DNA of 64,000 nt from Microbotryum violaceum. Taxonomy: Eukaryota. The stretch covers positions 310,001-374,000 of the forward strand of contig CDLV01000013.1 in NCBI GenBank assembly GCA_001244265.2, in the 5' to 3' direction. This document shows positions 54,517-64,000 of this stretch, piece by piece. The notes under the pieces are model-generated. The model ran no database searches. It worked only from the letters and a program-made list of their open reading frames with translations, and was not told the DNA's origin. A program made the translations under genes and the position numbers. How positions within the stretch are numbered: position 1 is the first letter of the stretch; each line of letters starts with the position of its first letter.

Positions 54517-55950
54517 ATGGCACCACGCGCCACCGAGGGCGAGCGCGCCTGGCTCGACATCGACTCGCATCTCATCCGTGACGAGTCCGGCCAATGGCGT
54601 GTCCGTTGTGAACTTTGCAACAAACACTACAAGCTGCCTGGAGGGTACAGGTCACTCGACGGACCAATTGTAGCACCGGAACATGCACATGAGGCCAAAC
54701 GAAACCTAAAAAAAAAATCATTCGTATACACAAGCGCGCGTTCAATTCGTCTACGGTCGACAGTCGGTACAGATGCAACGAGGCGGCGTTTGAGCTGATC
54801 GGTACCGACCGTGAGGTCCAAGCAGTGAGTGCTAGACAGCTTTCCCAGGAGATCAGAAACAAACTATGTGGAGTTCGGCTAAACCTTTGTTGATGTACTT
54901 ATCTGATCTGATTGGGGTTTTGGCCACCTAAAGAAAAGATACCGCCGGCAGTTGCAGGCCAAGCTTGACATGTTGGAGGCGCCGGGGAAAGCGGACCGTG
55001 CGAGGCACGACGAGTGGGCGGCGGAAAGGGCGCGTCGGCTGGTGATGGAACCCAAAGACATCATGACTCAAGACCCAATCCCCGAGGACGTCGAAAATTT
55101 TGACTATGAGGTCCGGGAGGAGATCGACTACGTCATGTGGCCTGTTTGGGATGAATGGGCAGGGTACAAAGGGAATGGACGTCTGCCTCGGAGCCTGTTG
55201 ACCGTGCTCATCCATTGGAGGAACGTGTTGTTCGATGCATACGATAACCAGAAGCGAAAGAGAGGTGGAGGGAGTGCGAGAGTTTTGAAGGAGTATAGGA
55301 CCCGCACCCAAGACTTCGACGATATCCTCGCGCGCATCTTCACCGTCCCCGTCGACATTGCCGCCGAACATGAGGAATTGCGCCTATTCAGTGAAATCCT
55401 TTCATTCCTGTACCAAGAGTGCCAACGCCCCCTCCCTGAGGACGATGTAAGGACCGACGAGGACCAGGAGAGGGAGTGACCGCCTTTTAAGATGGATCCG
55501 AGAGGTGTACCGCCCTTTTCTCGGGAAACGTGTCCCGGACGATTACCGGGATCAGTTAGAAAGCGAACATCGCACCTGGCAAGCAGCGCTCAGACCATTT
55601 GCAACGACGGTGCTTGTCAGGAGTAGGTCCAAGCTTTACCACTAGCCTACGCTGACCTCAAAAAGGTACGATATCCACTCTGAACGGAGTGGACAGCTTG
55701 GTACTATGTATGGCCAACCCCCAGTGAAACGAGCTAGGAATTGCAGGATTACTGGTTCATGACAGTGCTCGTCCACGTTCCCGAACCTCCCAAGCCGCCC
55801 ACCGATGCGGACCGAGAGCCCGAAAGGAAGAAGATCTGGGACTCCTGGATTGTTGAGTGTGCCCACAGGTGGTTGGCGCTGTTGAGCAAACAGAGGGAGA
55901 CGTATCGTTGGATGCGCAAGAGGGGTCCAGCGGAGAGGGTGCCGCGTTGA
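54517..55950 (+). pseudogene. KDZ cargo gene 3: N-terminal C2H2/BED-like zinc finger plus helical domain
   Basis: MAPRATEG...VRCELCNKHYKL...PEHAHE; frameshift in A-run ~54708-54717; continues via ORFs 54952..55479 and 55741..55950. Confidence 0.55.
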
Positions 55951-56531
55951 CCTCAGGGGCACGAGAGGAGGACGCGATATCGGAACAGAGTTCGGCGACA
56001 GGCCAACATTCCAACCACGGATCAGTAGCCGGCTCGGAGGCCAAAAGCAACCTCTCCGCCCTCTCCGAGCTGACCAGCCTGAGCAAGCTGGAGCGCGGCC
56101 TGGATACTGGGACATGAGGCACCATGAGTGTCAATTCACCAGTTAGGCAATGACCGTCTCGAGTTTTCCGTGAGCGTGTGTAGCCATCTAGCTTGTATGT
56201 TATGTCAATGGAGATCCTGCATTGCAACCATGATTCACCCCGAGGGTACAACGCACTCCGAAGGCGGAAATTCTTGTTCAATTTTTAACCTTAGGGCAGG
56301 GCGTAGATACACTACAACAGAGTCCCGCGCCTCCGGAAATGAGGAAGCGGTATGCGACGACATGCTTCATCAATTCTAGGACACTCTTAACAAGCACTGT
56401 ACAACCGGCGTGGCGATGTGTACCCGCCGGAGGTACACACGACCGGTGCCCTCTCCAGCTGTGTACTCCCGGGGTTCCACGGCTCAGGCGCGGTCCGTCG
56501 CCGACGTCCTTGCTGACTGCACTACAACAAA

Positions 56532-57350
56532 CTTCCACGCACCCGTTCAGAGCTCAGGATGTGTCTGCAGTTACTGAATGGAACACCCTCCTGCGACGAA
56601 ACCGAAGAAATATTCGTTTGCTACATCCGACTTGCACTCTGAAAAGCCCGCAAGGCCCATGCACTTCTCTAACTGAATCTCGGTTCGAACCACCGAGCAG
56701 AGCGAAACTGCACTAGAACAATCTTCCACGCACCCAATCGAAGCTCAGGATGTGTCTGCAGTTACTGAATGGAACACCCTCCTGCGACGAAACCGAAGAA
56801 ATATTCGTTTGCTACATCCGACTTGCACTCTGAAAAGCCCGCAAGGCCCATGCACTTCTCTAACTGAATCTCGGTTCGAACCACCGAGCAGAGCGAAACT
56901 GCACTAGAACAATCTTCCACGCACCCAATCGAAGCTCAGGATGTGTCTGCATTTACTGAACGGGATACCCTCCTGCGACAAGACCGACAAAAGATTCGTT
57001 TGCTACATCCGACTTGCACTCTGAAAAGCCCGCAAGGCCCATGCACTTCTCTAACTGAATCTCGGTTCGAACCACCGAGCAGAGCGAAACTGCACTAGAA
57101 CAATCTTCCACGCACCCAATCGAAGCTCAGGATGTGTCTGCATTTACTGAACGGGATACCCTCCTGCGACAAGACCGACAAAAGATTCGTTTGCTACATC
57201 CGACTTGCACTCTGAAAAGCCCGCAAGGCCAACGCACTTCCCTAGCTGAATTCTTCGTTCGAATCAGCCTCCGAGCAGAGCAGAGCGAAACTGCACTACA
57301 ACGAACTTCCACGCACCCGCTCAAAGCCCAGGATGTGTCTGAAGTTGCCG
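56532..57350 (+). repeat. 191-bp tandem array inside KDZ element (4 units + partial)
   Basis: CTTCCACGCACCC...CAGGATGTGTCTG recurs at 56532, 56723, 56914, 57105, 57306. Confidence 0.93.
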
Positions 57351-58190
57351 AAAGGATTCACCTCCCGCCGTTGGAGACTCGTATATGTTATTATACAGTG
57401 ATCTGCCACCGGTGACCGACTTTGCACCCCCGGGGGTACACAAGGCGCAAGCGGGAAAGCGCCTGTGTACTCCCGGGGCACGCAGGACTGGTCCACTCTT
57501 CCGCTGTGTACTCCCGGTAATGATCACACCCGCGCGCCGAATGACTGTGTACCCCCGGGAGTACACAGCTTTGTCGGCGGCACAGGCCGGGTCCCTCGGG
57601 TTACACTCTTGTACTCTTGTCGCGCGCCGACTCTGTGTATGTGTACCCCCGGGAGTACACAGCCCCTACAAGGTCCTTGGCCGATGGACCAATATCCCTG
57701 CTCACTCGACTACATAAACTATCACGTCAACGGAGTAGGTATGCGGTGACGTATTTCATTGATTTTTGCTGACATATTATCGCAAGCACTGTACAACGGA
57801 GCGCCGTTGGACGCGTCTGGACCCACTTCGGAGTGCTGTTGGAACAGAACAACTACAGCAACACCAATCCTCACCGCCCCCCGCCCCCTCTGGCAACGTT
57901 CCCAAACCTGAACCTGCAAATGTCAGCACCGATGCGCACCAAATTTTAGTCTTTAACTTAGCAGAACCTTCAAGCTTGTCACGTACTGCAGTTCGGTGAG
58001 TGTGGCGGCGGCGACCGGCTCGTGGGATCGTGGTCGTCAACGCGTCAACGCCTGATTAAGGCTGACATTCATTTTACTTTTGTGCACTGGCGTCCACATT
58101 CTACCATGTGTGATATGGGCCGCATACAAAAAGCAAATTCCTTCAATAACAAATATTCTACAGTCAACAAATGCGCCAAACCATCCCTAG

Positions 58191-61100
58191 CTAGCCCATG
58201 GGCTCGTCGAGAATCTCGAGGTCGTCCGAGTCTTCACCCCTTGTCGAGCCTGACTCTCCGCCGCCCTCCCGAGCTCAGCATCATCTTCTTCCTCGACCTC
58301 CTGCTCCGATAGTGAACCCAAAAGTTCTTCCATTCGTCTTTCATACACGTCGTCACGGTCTCGCTCGGCCTGCTCCGTGGCTGGATCGGGGGTCAGGCCA
58401 AGTTCCCTTCGGAATGCGTCGAGGTCGATGGTTGTGTGGCGCACGTCCACGGCAGAAGGACCTGATGAGCGGCGGCTCGACTCAGTGACGAGGCTCTGCA
58501 TTTGAGTATTATTTAGCGTCGAAAGGCGGCGACCGAAATGACGTGGACTACCGCGCGACCGGCGCGACACCTGTTTCGCCCGTCCGGCGAAAACTCCTCC
58601 GATCAAACCGAATGCCGTGGGCCGAGATTCATGAACTGCGGGTAAACGGGTAAACGCATTCTGAACCAGACAACCGAGAGATCATCGCATTCGGCGAGCC
58701 GATCCAGACGCTCTTTGACCAAAATCTGCCGGCGCTGAAGCACATACCACACCGCAGTGCCAACCTCGCCCGCGCCGTCAGTTCCGAGAAGTTTCTTAGC
58801 CGCTTCGATCGTTTCTTCGGGAACTCATAGAAGGGGCGACGTAAGGTACAGCACCAACACAAAGAAAGGGTGTGTCCATCTCACCTCGGTCCTCTGCCCA
58901 TGCCTGAGATACCCTAACAAAGCGAGTGTCCTCATCTTCGAGCCACGCAAGTAGTTGTCGAACCTCAGCTCCGATCCGGAGAATCTCTTCTTCCGCCCTG
59001 GCTTTGAGTAAAACCGCCTTGATCCCTTTCTGAACATCGGTATCAATCGCCCAAGGCGCAGTGTCGTGTACGAAAAAACCGTCTTGCCAGAAAGCGTCCG
59101 TTGGCGACAGAGTCACAAGCGACTTAATTGTGGTAGCGAGCGGTAAGTTGTCCAGAATCTGGGCCGATTGCTCGGTCGCAGCATTTCGGTAATCCCCGAC
59201 CGCTTTATTGTACATATCGATTGCCACTTTTACTTTCTTGCTGTGCGTCTGTGAGACGCTGACAAGCTTGCTGGCTTCGACTTGACCGATTGTCGCGCCG
59301 CTTCGTCCCCGACCCATTGAGTCAATTCGTTCTTGACAGCATTGCAATTGGACCGTCGCTTTGTGTAATGCGCGAAGTTTGACTACGCAGTTGCACAAAT
59401 GCTGGAAATCTAGGTATGTCATGGGACATCAACCATCAGGTGGCGATACTCATAAAGATAGGACGCGCGCCGCACCTGAAGCTGCAAGCTCCTTCGTGCG
59501 ATCGTATTCTTGTTGGTAAGCTCTTAGCTGTTGCTGCAAGCGAGCCTTCGCTTCATCGGAAGCCATTGGATCGAATCTGAACACACAATGCCAAGACACA
59601 GTGTCAATTTTACGCCCTCGTCCTCCAATGGGGTTTGACGCGCCGAACGTACAGCCTTTCTTCCACGTGGTGTAGCCTCTGTACAATGTTAAACAGCTCT
59701 AATCGCTCCTTGTCCTCGTTCTCCCGACGTTGACCCGCCGGTGTGGCCGCTTGAACAGCTCGTTGTAAATCCCATTGCGCGAGAAGGTCAGACTCGGACC
59801 ATATTGCCGAAACGTCACTCAGATCAGTTTGTGCCCTTCCAAGCTGATCTTGAGCATTCGACAGTCGTCTGCGGAGCCAACGGCCTAGAATGGACGATGA
59901 ATGAAGGGACCGCACAATTAAGTAACGAACACGGCGTGAAAGTGTGGATGGCAGAGCATACCGAGGCTGTCAACACCGTTCTTGTTCATCAGGTCGATGC
60001 GACGCGAGATGTTGACGCGCCGGTGAGAAGCGCTCGCAGGACGATTGATCGGGATGAGCGATCGGAGCTGACTCCAAACGCGTTCGCATCCCTCCCCATC
60101 CGTCAACCCAAAGTGCTGAATCAGGCGCGGGTTGTACTCAAGCTGGCAGGGCCATTGATGAGCAAAAGCATGAAACACGCTCGTGGCAAACTTCAATCTC
60201 GGAAACAGATCGGGAAGGATACTTCTCTGCAGGCGATCGAAGTACAGTACAGGTCAGCGGCGCCCCAGGGCCAGAAATCTGAGAAACGACGGATCCGCCA
60301 CTCTTGCTGACCGATTGCATGTAGCCGTCCAAATTACACGCAACATCATACAGCACTCCGAGTGTATCGTTGGAAGGGAGTTGGTTCGAAATATGTTGCA
60401 GCAGCGATAAGCCATAGTAGCGCCTGCCTCATCAAAATCGAGCGTCAGGCCTTGTAAGCGGTTGAAAGAGGAGCTGAGCTGACGAACTTTTCGCCTGATT
60501 GATACAAATTGACCATCTTCAACGCGATATCGTGACGGCAAACACAGGCAACTAGGCCCGTATCGGACTTGCCCCGCGAGATTTGTTTCACACCGCCGTT
60601 GGCCGCTTTCCACGAATCGGCACAGGCCTTCAAGACGCGAGAGGAAGGGCGTCAGCGCGTTGAAAGGATCGCAGGGGGCGGCTCGGATCAGCGGACCTTT
60701 TCTGACTTCTTGCTGTCGCCACCATCACAGATCTCCTTCATCGATTCGAGCTCGCCTTCGCCGATGAAGAGGGCTGGCGTCGACTCCTGAAAATCGTGTT
60801 TGGCTGAGGTGTCGCGAGAATGTTGGAAGTTGCCATCCAGAGCGACAAGATGCTGCACTTCGACTCTATGGTGGGCTTGATTTAGACGCGTCGATCCGTA
60901 GCATGCTGGACACTTATCCGAGAGAGAACCCGCGACACCGAGGACGAGGTCGCCCAATTCTCGCTCGGATGTCGTGAGAGCCCGAAATTCGTCAAGGGCG
61001 CGCTGGAGTTGCTTTCGCAGCTCCTTGTCCTGCGCGAACGATGATAAATATCAGATAATGATCAATAGCAACCATGACAGGGGGTCGAGCTCACGAATTT

Positions 61101-62111
61101 ATGCTGACAGGCCCGGCCGACCCCATCCAGTTTGCTCATAGAAAATGTCGAGCCCGCGAGCTGCTCCATCAACAGGAAACGGCGCGGTGCTCCACCAGGA
61201 GTCGAGGAATTGTACAAGTCGAAAGGTGAAGGCAGAGCGAGGAGCAGCTGCGGTCGATCCGATCAATCCGATCTGAGCAAGGCGCTCGGCGTACGTAAGG
61301 CATGGGCTATCGCTGCTGGATCTCGGACAAAAAGCGATCGGTACCTCGACCATTGCATCGATTCGACCTTGTCAGCGCGTTATTCGACACAGTGACCCAA
61401 CTTGCCTTATTCACATACAGCTTATGAGGTCGTACACGTCAAGCAGTAATGTGAGGGGGCTCTCGCATGAACAAGGCGGCGGCACTTCGCTAGCGACCGA
61501 ACCCTGGCACAGCTCCTCGTCCACGTCAATCAAGGGCCGTAGATGACCTTTGACCCCAGCGCAAAACGCGATATACTGGCGCAGAAGCGCTGGCCGTTCT
61601 AAGCTCCTTAGACGAGCGTCGTTGAACACAAACTGCTTGTACGTTTCTTTCTTCGACTGACCACGTGTGGCTGGTTCGAAACTTTTGACTTGGCGCAGAT
61701 CAGCCAATGATAATCGCTCGGCGGTTGCAATATAGTCAGGCGCGATTGGCATACGGGATGTTCGATCCGAAAAATATGGGGCCGGACTAAAGTCACGTTC
61801 ATGGCCACCACCGTACTCGCTGTGACGTTTATCATCCCAATCCATCCCACTCGGGTTGGCGGCTTCGTCGAAATCGGCCTGAATCGGAGGGGCCATTGGA
61901 GGCCGAGGAGACGGCGAGCTAGCTTCGCCACGAGCATGTTCATTGAAGGTTCTTTGCTGAATTTGGCGCGCAGTGTACGTAACCATGTGCCGGGTTCCGG
62001 GGATGTTGGTGCGGCGTTGAGGGTCCGAACGAAGGCGTCGGGCTTATAGTCAGGATGTCCCTCGAAGTAGTCAGGTCGGAACTTGAAGCGATTCCATTTA
62101 TGCCTGCCCAT
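58191..62111 (-). pseudogene. KDZ transposase (CxC-type Cys cluster + RNase H-fold core), frameshifted in this assembly
   Basis: CSC..C..C, CPACYG, LVALDGNFQH, TGLVACVCRHDI, LYDVACNL, VFHAFAHQWPCQLEYNPR, GLTDGEGCERVWS, RAEEEILRIGAEVRQLLAW. Confidence 0.92.
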
Positions 62112-62483
62112 TGTCTGATGCAAATCCGAGAATGTATTACTGTGTGTTACAATAGTTGGTGCTCGTGTTAGAACTGAGGCGGGTCTGATTTGGCGCTGAG
62201 CGGGGGAGGCTAGAAGAGACAGTTCTGTGGGCGATTGCACAAGTACTCCCTAATAATAGGTCAATCTCATTAGCAAGTTGCCCTAGTCCTGGGGCCATCC
62301 AGCAACCCGGGTTGCAGGGGGGGCAACATGTATGCCACTTTTTAGCGTGCTTATATATGTAGCCAGAGGTGGACGGTCGCACGTCCCTCTCGCTCCTCCC
62401 TCCTGTCACCTCGAGCGCTGCTTATCTTCTGCAGCCTCCTCATCCCACCCCGCTCCGACCTCTCTGCTATTGGTACCTCTTTC

Positions 62484-64000
62484 ATGTCTTGTATCCGCCC
62501 TGCTACGCCAGGTAAGTCGTCATTGATCGAGCCACACTGTGCAACCCCCGTGGCGAGTGCGCATGTACTGAACCCCGCGCTGCCCGTCTCCGTCTCCGTG
62601 TCCCCCCCGTCACCCACACCCCACGCACCCCGTCACACACCGACGGACTGTTCGTCTCCGTCTCCGCGCTCGCTTCCCACTCTCTCGCAGGCACGGTTGT
62701 CGTTCTTGCTGGTACTGTTGTGAGCTCAAGCTCATTCGAAAAAGAAGATACCGTCCTACTGCGGTGCTGATCCTCCTTGTTGGTTTCCCGTCACTCACAG
62801 CTCTTGGCGCTCGTCTCCGTGTCGGTGCCGATCCTCAAGCCATTCTACTTCCTCAAAGCCGAGGTCGCCAGCAACGAGATCATCCTGGGCGTGTGGGGCT
62901 ACTGCTCAGGTTCCAATTGCACTCAGCCCAAGCTTGGCTATGCACTTGGTCAGTGCAGTCCCCATGACCCGTCACTGCACATCCCGGCCTCAAACTGACG
63001 AGGGCCCGACGGGCGATGACGATCATTCACCATGCACCAGATCTGGCCCACGTATTCGGTTATTCGGGAGTCGATGGTATCGCTTTGACCGAGAGTATCC
63101 CCAATGCGCTCGTCAAGGGACTGACCTACGTCCTCGTCCTGCACCCCGTCGGTACGTCTCCTACTTACCCCTCGACTCGGCTCGGGCGCCTACTATCCAA
63201 GTTGCTTCGGGTCTGCTGCAAACAGAAACTTTCATCGCTGATCACGTACTTTGTGTTTGAATACAGCCGCCGTCTTTGGAGCCACCTCTGTCCTACTCGG
63301 TCTTTTGGCGCACATCCGAGGCTTCGGAGGGACATGTTGGACCACCTTCTTCGCCTCGTTGGGCGCCTCGACCGCACTCCTCGCTTTCGCCATCGACATG
63401 GCTCTCTTCCTCATCGCGAAGAAGAGGATCACGTCCAGCTCCGTCGGAGGTGCAGCTAGTCTGGGTGCGGCATTATGGATGACGTTGGCGGGAGGATTGC
63501 TGCTCATGGTTTCGGGTTGTTTCTTCGGCGTAAGTAGTTGTTTGTGCTGCTAGATCACATCGTGGAGTATCAATCGGAGGTCATACATAGTCTAATCTAA
63601 CAATTTTTATACACCTACTCTAGTGCGGTGGTCGAATGGTCACCGATCGGGCCTCGCGTCGAGAAGACTCAGAAAAGAATAGGCCCGGACCGGATCCGGC
63701 CTACAGTGAGCACATGCGCAACTCAGCCTACCAGCAACAACAATACAACACTCGGAACGGGGGTAACAACCTGCCCACGTTTGCCGAGTTTCATAACAGC
63801 GAGGCGATACCTCTCAATCAGATGGGGGAGAAGAACGATTTCGATGACGACGTGAACGATGCAGGATACGTCGGGAGGGCGCCGTATCGGTCGGGTGGAG
63901 CGGCCGTAGCTGGTGTCGGACAAGGGTACGGACGACGTAATGATGGTCCCGTCCTGACTGGCGGAGGACCAACCTCGCCCCAACGATACAACAGCCCTTC
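62484..64000 (+). CDS. PalI/Rim9/Sur7-family membrane protein (runs off window end)
   Basis: MSCIRPATPG, LLALVSVSVPILKPFYFL, LGVWGYC....CTQPKLGY, LTYVLVLHPV, AFAIDMALF, LGAALWMTL. Confidence 0.85.

Larger units (their letters stand above)
51038..62371 (-). mobile_element. Full-length KDZ (Kyakuja-like) DNA transposon with cargo genes, ~11.3 kb
   Basis: TIRs CACCTCTGGCTA..ATAAGCAC.CTAAAAAGTGGC at 51040 and ending 62371; TSD GACGGTCG at 51030-51037 and 62372-62379; KDZ transposase inside. Confidence 0.93.

Noticed and set aside
51600-56000. TET/JBP dioxygenase cargo
   Set aside because: No convincing HxD...H...R 2OG-Fe motif in the frames I could read; a profile search is needed to exclude it fully
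56418-57660. CRISPR-like array (palindromic repeats with unique spacers)
   Set aside because: Eukaryotic TE interior, irregular spacing, degenerate repeats, no cas genes

Overview
Gene-dense, intron-rich fungal DNA. It is most likely a Pucciniomycotina basidiomycete; this is inferred from intron style, gene set and TpCpG-biased mutation in repeats. Host genes in order: small YABBY/HMG-like protein, nitrilase, secreted GH18 chitinase-like protein lacking its catalytic residues, PPR protein, alpha/beta hydrolase, APC2, RAD5, Zn2Cys6 TF, a disrupted hydrolase paralog, G-beta, APC10, mitochondrial SerRS, SF3A2, Sut1-like transporter, Aro80-like TF and PalI/Sur7 (cut by the window end). The main accessory content is a KDZ (Kyakuja-Dileera-Zisupton) transposon family. 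One ~11.3-kb copy (51038-62371) has TIRs and an 8(9)-bp TSD, a transposase, three cargo genes (HMG-like, unknown, Zn-finger), a 191-bp tandem array and a repeated palindrome. A 4.4-kb deleted and internally inverted derivative (7443-11853) transposed separately, and a 488-bp inverted fragment lies beside it. There is also a 1.25-kb pogo/Tigger-type derivative. Exon boundaries were read by eye and are approximate where noted.
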